A stretch of 22,834 nt of DNA from Chthonomonadales bacterium (GCA_038217285.1 JBBQPO010000069.1:1-22834), one strand, 5' to 3'. Shown: positions 9,127-18,371, counted from the stretch's first letter. Notes: a model not told the origin generated them from the sequence alone. A program made the numbers and translations.

Positions 9127-10584
9127 CTAAATTCCCAGCTCATTCCAGATCAGGTCCACACGCGCCTTGACGTCGGCGGACATCTCGATCACATCGGGCC
9201 ATTCGCGGTCGAAGCCCTCAGCAGGCAGTTTGCGGGTACAGTCGAAGCCAATCTTCGAGCCGAATCCCAGCGAACGTGAGGAGTGGTCCAGGACGTCGAT
9301 CGGACCGCGCACGATGCAGGTGTCGCGCTCCGGGTCGATGTTGTTGCCCAAACGCCATAGACACTCCTGTACGTTTTGCACGTTCACATCCGCATCAAAT
9401 ACGAAAATCATTTTGGTGAACATCGCCTGCCCGAGGCCCCAGAGCGCATGCATCACCTTGAACGCCTGCCCCGGATAGCGCTTCTTGATGGAGACGAGCG
9501 CGATGTTGTGAAAAATCCCTTCGACCGGCAGATTCATATCCACGACTTCGGGCAGCGTCAGCCGGAGCAGAGGCAGAAACAACCGTTCGGTCGCCTTACC
9601 AAGCCAGCCGTCTTCCATCGGAGGCTGTCCGACAATCGTGCAGGGATAGACAGGGCTGCGACGATGGGTGATCGCCGTAATGTGTACAACAGGATACATG
9701 TCGGCCAGCGAATAGTAGCCGGTGTGATCCCCAAAGGGGCCTTCCATTCGGCGCTCGGTAAGGTCTATCTTACCTTCGATCACGATCTCGGCGTCTTCCG
9801 GGACTTCGAGGTCGACCGTTTTGGCCTTGACCAGATGCACGGGTTTCTTGCGCAGAAAGCCCGCGAACAGCATCTCGTCGATACCTGCCGGGAGCGGTGC
9901 GGTCGCGGCGTATGTCAGAGCCGGGTCTCCGCCCAGCACGATGGCGACCTCGATACTTTGGCCCTTTTCGGCCCGCAAGCGCGCATGTTCTGCGCCGACT
10001 TTGTGCATCTGCCAGTGCATACCGACCGTGCGCCGATCAAACACCTGTACCCTGTACATTCCGACGTTGCGCTTGCCGGTGTTCGGATCGTTCGTGAAGA
10101 CCAATGGCAACGTGATATAACGCCCACCGTCTTGTGGCCAGCAGTGCAGGATAGGGAATAGGCCGAGATCGATGTCATCGCCGGTCAGGACGACTTCCTG
10201 GCAACGCCCCTTGCCGCTGTCGTGGCGCGGCGGCATTTTCGCGAGCACAGCCAGTTTGGGCAAAAATTCACGAGCGGCCCTTAGCATTCCGCCGGGCACT
10301 TCGGGCTTCAACAGGGCCTCGATTTCGCAGGCGATCTCCTCGAAGTCCTGCACACCCAGCGCCATACTCATGCGGCGGCGCGATCCGAAGGCGTTGATGA
10401 TCAGCGGGATCCGACTGCCACGCGGGTTTTCAAACAGCAGAGCCGGACCACCGTCCGGCATCTTCATCACGCGGTCCGCGATCTCCGTTATTTCGAGATA
10501 AGGATCGACTGGCGCGGTGATTCGGCGCAGTTCGCCGGCCTGTTCGAGTTGAGCGATAAAATCTTGAAAATCACGGTAAGCCAT
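9127..10584 (-). CDS. ubiD: UbiD-family prFMN-dependent decarboxylase, menaquinone biosynthesis type (MqnL)
   Basis: Start MAYRDFQDF (ATG 10584, GGAG upstream). Motifs GPALLFENP, WPQDGGRYIT, RNVGMYR, EGPFGDHTGYY and GSKIGFDCT. Confidence 0.95.
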   Translation of the reverse strand: MAYRDFQDFIAQLEQAGELRRITAPVDPYLEITEIADRVMKMPDGGPALLFENPRGSRIPLIINAFGSRRRMSMALGVQDFEEIACEIEALLKPEVPGGMLRAAREFLPKLAVLAKMPPRHDSGKGRCQEVVLTGDDIDLGLFPILHCWPQDGGRYITLPLVFTNDPNTGKRNVGMYRVQVFDRRTVGMHWQMHKVGAEHARLRAEKGQSIEVAIVLGGDPALTYAATAPLPAGIDEMLFAGFLRKKPVHLVKAKTVDLEVPEDAEIVIEGKIDLTERRMEGPFGDHTGYYSLADMYPVVHITAITHRRSPVYPCTIVGQPPMEDGWLGKATERLFLPLLRLTLPEVVDMNLPVEGIFHNIALVSIKKRYPGQAFKVMHALWGLGQAMFTKMIFVFDADVNVQNVQECLWRLGNNIDPERDTCIVRGPIDVLDHSSRSLGFGSKIGFDCTRKLPAEGFDREWPDVIEMSADVKARVDLIWNELGI

Positions 10585-10645
10585 CGTGTTCCTATCTCCC
10601 CTGCAAGAGGTTCCTTCAAGGGTAATACGAACCGTAGTTGCGTCT

Positions 10646-10674
10646 AGTATACCTCTCTCCCCTACGAAAATCAA
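10646..10674 (-). promoter_or_regulatory. sigma70 promoter for the ubiD-nudix-ubiX-mqnP-mqnA operon
   Basis: Minus strand TTGATT-N17-TATACT, about 60 nt upstream of ubiD. Confidence 0.7.
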
Positions 10675-10690
10675 TTGGAGACGTTCCATC

Positions 10691-10706
10691 TGAGAAACAT
10701 TTCACA
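10691..10706. promoter_or_regulatory. CRP/FNR-family-like operator
   Basis: TGAGA-N6-TCACA, one mismatch from the CRP consensus TGTGA-N6-TCACA, located between two divergent promoters. Confidence 0.35.
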
Positions 10707-10718
10707 GAGTACACGCGC

Positions 10719-10747
10719 TTGATTTTGGCCTCCCAAACTGCTATAAT
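10719..10747 (+). promoter_or_regulatory. sigma70 promoter for sbcD
   Basis: TTGATT-N17-TATAAT with an extended -10 TG. Confidence 0.8.
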
Positions 10748-10789
10748 GAACGCATGGCAGGGGAGTTTTGACGGTGAAAAGGGGAGCGA

Positions 10790-12037
10790 ATGACCCAGGA
10801 CGTGCGGGTGATGCATTTTGCCGATACCCACTTCGGTGTGGAGTTGTATGGGCGGCTGGACCCGGCGACCGGAATGAACACGCGCCTTCAGGACTTCAAA
10901 CAGTCGCTGACGGAGGCGATTGAAAAGGCCCTGGAGCTCGATATCCACCTTGCCGTCTTCGCAGGGGATGCCTACAAGACTCGCGATCCGCGCCAGACCG
11001 ATCAGCGCGAATTCGCGGGCTGCATCCGACACCTGACCGACCGGGGAATCCCGGTCGTGCTGCTCGCAGGCAACCATGATATGCCCTCCGTGCGCGGTCG
11101 CGCCAATGCCGTCGAGATCTACCGCACACTTGGCGTCTCCAATGTCCACGTCGTCCACCGACCGGAGCTGACGCTCATTCAGACTGCGGCAGGGCCGGTT
11201 CGTATTGCGCCGATGCCTTATCTGATGAAGGGGATCTCCGTGGCCCGCGAGGATTTCCAGGGCAAGACCCTGGACGAGACGCGCCTGCTGCTGGAAGCGA
11301 AGTACGTCGATTTTATCGGCGATATGGCCGATCAGATTCGCGAGGCCGACGACGCGATTCCCACCATTTTAGTCGGGCATTTCTGGGTCAACGGTGCGCG
11401 GCTCTCGAGTTGGCAGAAGGGCTATCTCAACGATGTTGAGCCCAAAGTCCCGCTCGCCGCTCTAACGGATCCTGCGTTCGACTACGTCGCCCTCGGACAC
11501 ATTCACAAGCATCAGGACTTGAACCCACACGGGCAGCCGCACGTCGTCTACTGCGGCAGTCCTGACCGGATCGACTTTGGTGAGAAGGATGAAGAGAAGG
11601 GGTTCGTACTGGTGCATCTGCGTAAAGGTGGGGCGGAATACGCGTTTATTCCCGTGACCGCCAGCCGTCCCATGCTCGACATCCAGGTCGATGCCGACTG
11701 CGATGAGCCGACCGAGCGCATCGTCGCGGAGATCAGGCGGCACTCGTTGCGCAACGCCATTGTCAAGGTCTCCTATAGTATTGGGCAGGAGCGACAGGCT
11801 CTCGTGCGCGAACGCGAGCTGCGCGAAGCCCTTCAAAACGCCTTTATGACCGTCACGATCGCGCGCAAAGTGCAGCGAGATGTCACCGAGCGCAGCCGCC
11901 AGTTCAACGAGACTCGCACTCCTCGCGAAGCGCTGGAACTCTATATAGAACAGAGCGAGAAGTTGATCCCGCACCGGGAGCGCCTGCTCCAGTTCGCGGA
12001 TCCACTGCTTCAAGCCGTGCAAGAACAGGACGCCTGA
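10790..12037 (+). CDS. sbcD: Nuclease SbcCD subunit D (Mre11-like)
   Basis: Metallophosphoesterase motifs ADTHFG, AGD, AGNHD, VGH, YVALGHIH and YCGSPDRIDFGE. Confidence 0.95.
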   Translation: MTQDVRVMHFADTHFGVELYGRLDPATGMNTRLQDFKQSLTEAIEKALELDIHLAVFAGDAYKTRDPRQTDQREFAGCIRHLTDRGIPVVLLAGNHDMPSVRGRANAVEIYRTLGVSNVHVVHRPELTLIQTAAGPVRIAPMPYLMKGISVAREDFQGKTLDETRLLLEAKYVDFIGDMADQIREADDAIPTILVGHFWVNGARLSSWQKGYLNDVEPKVPLAALTDPAFDYVALGHIHKHQDLNPHGQPHVVYCGSPDRIDFGEKDEEKGFVLVHLRKGGAEYAFIPVTASRPMLDIQVDADCDEPTERIVAEIRRHSLRNAIVKVSYSIGQERQALVRERELREALQNAFMTVTIARKVQRDVTERSRQFNETRTPREALELYIEQSEKLIPHRERLLQFADPLLQAVQEQDA

Positions 12038-12052
12038 TCTGTCGTCACAACC

Positions 12053-14629
12053 ATGATCCCTATCTCCCTCACCCTGAAAAACTTCATGAGCTACGGCCCG
12101 CAGGGCGAAACGCTGCCATTCGAGAACCTGCGCGTCGCCTGCCTGACCGGCGACAACGGCAACGGCAAATCGGCCCTGCTCGATGGCCTCACCTGGGTGC
12201 TCTGGGGCAAGACACGGGTATCGTCCGTCGGGAGTGTGTCGCAGGACGACCTGATTCGCCTCGGGGAGGAGGAGTGCGAAGTTCGGCTGGAGTTTGAGCT
12301 GAACGATCAGCGGTATCGCGTGGTGAAGAAGAGGCGTAAAGGCAAGGCGACGGCTGCGAGCGACTGGCAGTTGGCACAGCGCGACGACGAGGGGATCTGG
12401 AACCCCATCGGCGGCAACAGCCAGGCGGAGACCGGCAGACAGATCGTGCAGCTCCTCAATATGGAGTACGAAACCTTCCTCAACTCTGCGTACCTGCAGC
12501 AGGGGCGGGCCGACGAATTTACGCGCCAGACGCCTGCCAAACGGAAAGGCATACTCGGGGAGATCCTGGGCCTGGACCGCTACGACCGCCTCGAAGCGAT
12601 GGCCAAGGAGAAGTACCGGGAGCGTAAGGAGCAGGTCGATGAGTTAGACGGTGAGATCCGACTGTTAGAGACGCAGGTGGCGCGACGTGTCGGCTACCAG
12701 GAGCAGTCGGCGGAGGCTACCGCCCAACTGGGGGAGGCGGAGGTCCGGCTCGCCGGGTTGACCGCTGTGGTCAAAACCGTGCAGGAGCGTCTGGCAAAAA
12801 TGGATCAGGTCGCCGCTGCCATCGAGGAGGCGCGGTCGGGCTCTCTGCGCATACACGGTGAAATGGGACAACGGGGCCGTGAACTGAGCGACAGGTCGGC
12901 GCGCGTCAAGGCGCTCGAAACCGTTCGCGTACAGCGTGCCGCGATTATCGCGGACTACGACGGACTTCGACAGGCGCGCCAACGGGCGGAGCTTCTGGAA
13001 CCTCAGATCGAAGAGTTTCGTCGGATTAAGACAGAGTACGACACCGCTTTCGCGGCTGTCGAGATGGAGCGGGTTCGCCTTGAAGGCGAGCTGCGGACCT
13101 ATCAGGCCGAGTTGAAAACGGTTCGGCGGCGGAGCGAAGAGTGCGCAGAGCTGGACCGGCGGATCGCGGCCCTGGAGCAGGAGCTCGCAGGCGATCCCGA
13201 AACCAGGGTTGCGCTCCTTCAGGCCGAGGCGGTGAAGCAGGCGGCCCTGGAGGCCTTTAACGATCTGCGGGTGCGGAACGAACGCCTGAAACTTGAAATT
13301 AGCGATCAGGAGGAGTTCCTGAAGATTTTGGCCGCGCCCATCGCGCGGTGCCCGGTCTGCGAAAGCGATCTGGAGGGCGACAAGCGCCTGGAAGTTTTGG
13401 CGCGGCAGAACGAACGGCAGGCCGAGCGTAAGGCAGCGTTGAAAGCGATTGCCGCCGAGGGCCGTGCGCACAAACAGGCCCTGGATATGGCGACCGAATC
13501 GGTCCTGGCCCTCCAGCGGCAGTGCAACGATCTGAGCGCGAAGCAGAGCCGCCTGCAGGAGCAGCAGCGCCAGCGGGACGGATTGCGGCAGCAGGGACTC
13601 GATGCCGAGAGCGCCCAGAAGCAAGCGGAGACGGCTCAGACGCAGTTGGAACGTGGGACCTTTGCGATGCCAAAGCGCATTCACGCCCAACGCCTGAAGT
13701 CGGAGCTGGACGGACTGGCACTGATTCGCCCAGAGTATGAGAATGTCCGGGCCGCGATCAAGCGGTTCGAGGGGGCCGAAAAACGTTACCATCAGTTGCA
13801 GGAAGCGGAGGCGAGTTGGGATCAGGAGATCGCGGAGCAGGCGCGGCTGGAGGCAGTTCTTATCGAGTTGAGGCAGAGCTATGAAGCCGCCTGCCAAAAG
13901 CAAGAAGCGCTGACGGCGAAGCTGGCCGAGGGCGAAGCGGTCAATCGCGAATTTGCCATCGCGGAGAGTGAGCGCCAGACGTGCCAGCAGCAGGTGAACG
14001 ACATCAAGGTGCAGATCGGAACGTTCACAAACTATGTCCGTGGTTGTGATGAGGCGGAGCAGCAGAAGAAGGCGAAAGAGGCCCAACGCAAAACGCTTCA
14101 CCAGGAGCAGTGGCTCTATCATCAGTTGACGGCGGCCTTCGGCAAGAAGGGGATACAGACGTTCATCATCGAGAACGCCATTCCGGAACTGGCCGCCGAG
14201 GCGAACGAACTGCTGGCAAGAATCACCGACAACGCCATGCAGATCTCGTTCGAAACGACCCGACCCGCGCGGTCCAATAGTAATGAGATCGAAACCCTGG
14301 ACATCCGGATTCAGGACGATGCCGGGATTCGCCCTTACGAGCTGTTCAGCGGAGGCGAGGCGTTCCGCGTTAATTTTGCCGTGCGGATCGCGCTCTCACG
14401 TCTGCTGGCGCGCCGGGCGGGAGCGCGTCTTCAGACCCTTATCCTGGACGAGGGCTTTGGAACGCAGGACGGCAAGGGTCGTGAAAAACTGATCGAGGCG
14501 ATCGATAGTATCAAGGACGATTTCGAGAAAATTCTTGTCATAACCCACGTGGATGAACTGAAGGATGCCTTTGCACAGCGCATCGAAATTACAAAGGATC
14601 ACGACGGTTCGCATATTCATATGCTGTGA
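12053..14629 (+). CDS. sbcC: SbcC/Rad50 SMC-like ATPase
   Basis: Walker A GDNGNGKS, Q-loop LQQG, coiled coil with central CPVC zinc hook, signature FSGGE, Walker B LILDEGFG and H-loop ITH. Confidence 0.95.
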   Translation: MIPISLTLKNFMSYGPQGETLPFENLRVACLTGDNGNGKSALLDGLTWVLWGKTRVSSVGSVSQDDLIRLGEEECEVRLEFELNDQRYRVVKKRRKGKATAASDWQLAQRDDEGIWNPIGGNSQAETGRQIVQLLNMEYETFLNSAYLQQGRADEFTRQTPAKRKGILGEILGLDRYDRLEAMAKEKYRERKEQVDELDGEIRLLETQVARRVGYQEQSAEATAQLGEAEVRLAGLTAVVKTVQERLAKMDQVAAAIEEARSGSLRIHGEMGQRGRELSDRSARVKALETVRVQRAAIIADYDGLRQARQRAELLEPQIEEFRRIKTEYDTAFAAVEMERVRLEGELRTYQAELKTVRRRSEECAELDRRIAALEQELAGDPETRVALLQAEAVKQAALEAFNDLRVRNERLKLEISDQEEFLKILAAPIARCPVCESDLEGDKRLEVLARQNERQAERKAALKAIAAEGRAHKQALDMATESVLALQRQCNDLSAKQSRLQEQQRQRDGLRQQGLDAESAQKQAETAQTQLERGTFAMPKRIHAQRLKSELDGLALIRPEYENVRAAIKRFEGAEKRYHQLQEAEASWDQEIAEQARLEAVLIELRQSYEAACQKQEALTAKLAEGEAVNREFAIAESERQTCQQQVNDIKVQIGTFTNYVRGCDEAEQQKKAKEAQRKTLHQEQWLYHQLTAAFGKKGIQTFIIENAIPELAAEANELLARITDNAMQISFETTRPARSNSNEIETLDIRIQDDAGIRPYELFSGGEAFRVNFAVRIALSRLLARRAGARLQTLILDEGFGTQDGKGREKLIEAIDSIKDDFEKILVITHVDELKDAFAQRIEITKDHDGSHIHML

Positions 14630-14644
14630 CGCCGGGGGAGAACG

Positions 14645-15001
14645 ATGAGACGATACTTGGTGCGAACGAATTTAAGGATGGATGCGGGGATGCCGATAAC
14701 CGCGCCGGGGAGCCCGGCTGTCAGCCGTCCCGACCTGAACGAGGAGATCGAAGACCGCAACACAGGCAACGGAAGCGGGTTCATCGTGATCGTGTACGAT
14801 AACGACAAGAACACCTGGCAGGAGGTCACCGGCATCTTGCAGAAGGCGACCGGATGTACGCAGGAGGAGGCGGAGATCGAGACGTGGGAGGTCGACAACC
14901 TGGGCAAATCGGTTGTGCACCACGGTGGCGAGGAAGAGTGCGAACGCGCGGCGGGGATCATTCGATCGATCGGTATTCGCGTCGAAGTCGTGGAAGAGTA
15001 G
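14645..15001 (+). CDS. clpS: ATP-dependent Clp protease adaptor ClpS (variant pocket)
   Basis: FIVIVYDNDKNTWQEVTGILQK...EAEIETWEVDNLGKSVV aligns without gaps to the ClpS core. The start could also be 14678 or 14690. Confidence 0.85.
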   Translation: MRRYLVRTNLRMDAGMPITAPGSPAVSRPDLNEEIEDRNTGNGSGFIVIVYDNDKNTWQEVTGILQKATGCTQEEAEIETWEVDNLGKSVVHHGGEEECERAAGIIRSIGIRVEVVEE

Positions 15002-15014
15002 GGCAGAACAATCC

Positions 15015-17765
15015 ATGTCTGGTTTCGATGACCTTGGCTTCGCGCTCGGCGGACTGCCGGTGGAACGAGAAAAGAATCCGCATTTCGCGCCGCTCGCCCT
15101 AATGGAGCGGCCGGAGGATCTGGCCGACTATCTGCGCAGCAGACGCGACATGTTGGTGCAGCCGCTTCGCGCCGCTCCGACCGCCGGCTCTCTGCCTGCA
15201 CTCAATGGACTTCCGCTGGCACTGCACCTGACGGATCTGATAGATGCGGTGCTGGTACGGCTGTTCACGTTGGCGTGCGGAAGAGCGGGCGTTCAACCGG
15301 CTTCGGTACCTCTGGCCATTGTGGCGACAGGCGGCTATGGGCGGCGGGAGCTCTCGCCCTGCTCCGACATCGACATCACGTTCATCTCCCAGCGTGACGG
15401 GGATCCGACGACCGACCGCCTGATCCGAGAGATGTTTTCTCAGGTGATGGATATCTGTATCGCGCGGTGCGGCCTCGAAGTCGGATACGCCTATCGGCTG
15501 TTTGAAGACTGCGCTTCTCTGGACCACCAGACCGCCAGCGGACTCCTGGACGCCCGGCTCCTGACCGGAAGCAGTCGGCTCTTCATCCAGTTCGAGGACG
15601 CGTTCTGGTCAGGCTTCAATCCGACGGATTTCATTTTTACCAAGATCGAGGAGCGAGAGAAAGCCCTGGCCCGCTGGGGAACGACGCCCCGCGTGGTCGA
15701 GCCGCAGTTGAAAGAGGGGCCGGGCGGAATGCGGGACCTGCAGACGGCGATCTGGATCGCGCAGGCAAGGGGTCAGTGGGTCGCCGCGCGGGTGCGGGGC
15801 CGGCGTGGTTTCGATGTCCTGGCGGAGGAAGGGCAAGTCTCACCCTCCGACCTGAAACGGTTGGAGGCGGCCAAAGAGCTGTTGTTTCAGGTGCGCGGCG
15901 CTCTGCACGCCGTGACCGGGGCGGAACGCGATGAACTCGTGATCACGCGGCAGGAGGATGTCGCCAATCGTCTGGGGTACCGGATTCAGGAGCTGGGTAC
16001 GGATCGAGTGCCGCCGGTCGAACAGTTCATGGCGGACCTTTTTCCGGTGATGGCGGTGGTCCGCAGGGTTGCGGATCAGGTGATGCGCCGGGTGGGGAAC
16101 AGTCGTTTGATATTAGGGATCGGGCTGGACTGCAAACAACGCCAGATCGTTCCTGCCAACGACTCGCTTGAGTCCGACGATCCGGTCTGGCTGCTCTGGG
16201 CCTGTGAACTGACGCAGAAGTACAATCTGATGCTCGGCGAGGCCGTGGAACGCGCGATGGTCTCTCTGGTGGGATGCGGCCCTCTGTTGAAGGACGCGAT
16301 GCAGTCTGCCGAGGTATTTACCCAGATCCTCTCCCATCGTGGCCGCGTCTATCCGACCCTGCAGCGCATGGCCGACCTGGGAATTCTCGGCTGGTATCTG
16401 CCGGAGTTTCAAGCCATCCTGGACCTTATTCCGTACGATCCGTCTCACGATCATACGGTGGGGCAGCACTCGCTGCTTGTCGTCAAGAATCTTGAAGACC
16501 TGCTGCAAGTGGAGGATCCGGAAGAGCGCGTCGAGATGCGCCGGATCTACGAGGAGCTTCCCAATCCGGAGCAGTTGATTCTGGCGGCGCTTCTGCACGA
16601 CAGCGGCAAGGCGTTCCATGAACGTCCTCACTCCGAAGTCAGCGAAGAGATCGTTACCATCGTGTGTCAGCGGCTTGGCTGGTCGGAGGGGGCTTCGGCG
16701 AATGTACGTTTCCTCTGCCTCCAGCACCTCCTCATGGCGGAGACTTCGCGGCTGCGTGACCTGAGTCTCGATGAGACGATTCGCGACTTCACCGCCGTAG
16801 TAGACGATATGGATCGGCTCAACATGCTCTATCTGTTGACCTATGCCGATACACGGGCCGTCGGCTCCGGGGTCTGGACCCAGGTCAAGGGCCGGTTCCT
16901 GCGCGACCTGTGGCGACGATCCGCTGCAGTCTTGAGCGATGAAGAGCCGGTAGGGTATGATGAAGCCACGCTTGCACGGGCGCGGCGCAGGCTGCTCAAA
17001 GATCTTTCGCTGGGAAATCTATCGGAGGCGGACGTCGCGGAGCATATTCAGACCATGCCGCCGCAGTATCTGCTCAACCAGTCGCTCAAGGAGATCGCCC
17101 TGCACATCGGATTTATCCGGAAGCTGCGGGAGGGACAGCCGGTCATCGACTTTATGGATGAGCAGGAGGCGACCTATACGGAGATGACGGTCTGCACGTA
17201 CGACGATCCCCATCCGGGCCTTTTGGCGAAGATCGCTGGCGCACTCTACGCCGCAGATGTCAATATCCATAGCGCACAGGTCGTGACGCGTGTCTATGAG
17301 GAGGAGCGTATCGCGCTCGATACTCTCTGGATAGACTATCATGGCAGGCAGTTGGCGCCCGGTAAGCGGCGTGAAGTGACCGCCACCATTCAGGAAGTGT
17401 TGAACGGTGAACACACGGTGCCGGAGATTTTGTCACGGCGCAAGGAGCGCTCTCATCGCAGTCGTGGACCATCCTATGTGCCGTTCGTACCGCTGACAAT
17501 TCGTTCGGTTCGGAACGATCTCTCGGACACCTACTCCGTCGTGGAGGCGGTCGGGCCTGACGTACCGGGGACGTTCTACAAGGTGGCAGATTCGCTTTCG
17601 CGTTTGGGCTGGAACATCGCCAGTGCGCGGGTTTCGGCCTTTCATGGAGAGGCACGCTGCAGCTTCTATGTGCTCGGCGCGCGGGATCGGCGTGAAACAG
17701 AGGCGCGGCAAGCTCTCGCCGCCGTACTTCCGGGTCTGATCGACCAAAACGAAAAGACCGGTTAA
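15015..17765 (+). CDS. glnD: [Protein-PII] uridylyltransferase / uridylyl-removing enzyme
   Basis: NTase motif GGYGRRELSPCSDID, LKEGPGGMRDL, HD domain HDHTVGQH...LLHDSGK, and two C-terminal ACT-like domains (DPHPGLLAKIAGAL, DVPGTFYKVADSL). Start taken as ATG 15015. Confidence 0.92.
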   Translation: MSGFDDLGFALGGLPVEREKNPHFAPLALMERPEDLADYLRSRRDMLVQPLRAAPTAGSLPALNGLPLALHLTDLIDAVLVRLFTLACGRAGVQPASVPLAIVATGGYGRRELSPCSDIDITFISQRDGDPTTDRLIREMFSQVMDICIARCGLEVGYAYRLFEDCASLDHQTASGLLDARLLTGSSRLFIQFEDAFWSGFNPTDFIFTKIEEREKALARWGTTPRVVEPQLKEGPGGMRDLQTAIWIAQARGQWVAARVRGRRGFDVLAEEGQVSPSDLKRLEAAKELLFQVRGALHAVTGAERDELVITRQEDVANRLGYRIQELGTDRVPPVEQFMADLFPVMAVVRRVADQVMRRVGNSRLILGIGLDCKQRQIVPANDSLESDDPVWLLWACELTQKYNLMLGEAVERAMVSLVGCGPLLKDAMQSAEVFTQILSHRGRVYPTLQRMADLGILGWYLPEFQAILDLIPYDPSHDHTVGQHSLLVVKNLEDLLQVEDPEERVEMRRIYEELPNPEQLILAALLHDSGKAFHERPHSEVSEEIVTIVCQRLGWSEGASANVRFLCLQHLLMAETSRLRDLSLDETIRDFTAVVDDMDRLNMLYLLTYADTRAVGSGVWTQVKGRFLRDLWRRSAAVLSDEEPVGYDEATLARARRRLLKDLSLGNLSEADVAEHIQTMPPQYLLNQSLKEIALHIGFIRKLREGQPVIDFMDEQEATYTEMTVCTYDDPHPGLLAKIAGALYAADVNIHSAQVVTRVYEEERIALDTLWIDYHGRQLAPGKRREVTATIQEVLNGEHTVPEILSRRKERSHRSRGPSYVPFVPLTIRSVRNDLSDTYSVVEAVGPDVPGTFYKVADSLSRLGWNIASARVSAFHGEARCSFYVLGARDRRETEARQALAAVLPGLIDQNEKTG

Positions 17766-17814
17766 CAATCCGTTTGTCAACGAACTCATTCCCCATTTCA
17801 GGAGGTCTTTACTC

Positions 17815-18252
17815 ATGGGAACCAGACGCTTTAGTGTGACGACCTACATTCTGGTCGGTATCTCTCTCGTGGCGCTCTATTTTGTCGGCAAGACCGTCAA
17901 TCCACCGCCGGTAGGTCCGGCCAAGGAGATTACACCGGTGCAGCCGTCGGCGGCCGCAACCTCTGCCCAGTCGATGAAGCGTCAGCAGGAGGAAGAGATG
18001 CGGGCCAAGGAGCAGGCGAAGATGGTGAGAGAGTACGCGGCCCACTCGAAAAAGACGACGATCGTTTCGAAGGGGATCCCGTTCAATCCTTCGGGCATGG
18101 ATACTGGTAACGAATATTGGCAGCGCTACGGCGACGGCAAGAAGGGTGTCGATGCGATGCAGTTGAAGGTAAAGAAGGCGCTGGAAGACCAGAAGAATAC
18201 GGCTCCAGTGGCCCAAAAGCCTGCTCCCGTCCCGGTGATGCCGGGGCCATAG
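17815..18252 (+). CDS. Hypothetical single-pass membrane protein
   Basis: AGGAGG RBS, N-terminal hydrophobic helix, Pro-rich linker and charged helix; followed by a hairpin. Confidence 0.75.
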   Translation: MGTRRFSVTTYILVGISLVALYFVGKTVNPPPVGPAKEITPVQPSAAATSAQSMKRQQEEEMRAKEQAKMVREYAAHSKKTTIVSKGIPFNPSGMDTGNEYWQRYGDGKKGVDAMQLKVKKALEDQKNTAPVAQKPAPVPVMPGP

Positions 18253-18286
18253 GCTCCGTCTTAACGCCGCTCTGTTCGAAAAACCT

Positions 18287-18319
18287 GGCTTTTCCTGTCT
18301 CTCTCGGACAGGAAAAGTC
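18287..18319. terminator. Hairpin / probable intrinsic terminator
   Basis: GGCTTTTCCTGTCT-ctctc-GGACAGGAAAAGTC forms a ~14-bp stem shortly after the stop at 18252; there is no classic U-tract. Confidence 0.6.
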
Positions 18320-18371
18320 TGCGTGTAAGAGGCTCTCAATCAGGTCGGGCTAATTTTTTTCACCGGAACGC

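Noticed and set aside
12665-14122. 485-aa Leu-rich antisense ORF in sbcC
   Set aside because: It is the reverse complement of Glu/Gln/Lys-rich coiled-coil codons (GAG/CAG read as CTC/CTG), not an independent gene.
10790-14629. SbcD/SbcC as an anti-phage SMC system (Wadjet, Lamassu)
   Set aside because: Canonical Mre11-Rad50 pair with a zinc hook in a housekeeping context; no jet/lmu partner genes or defence island.
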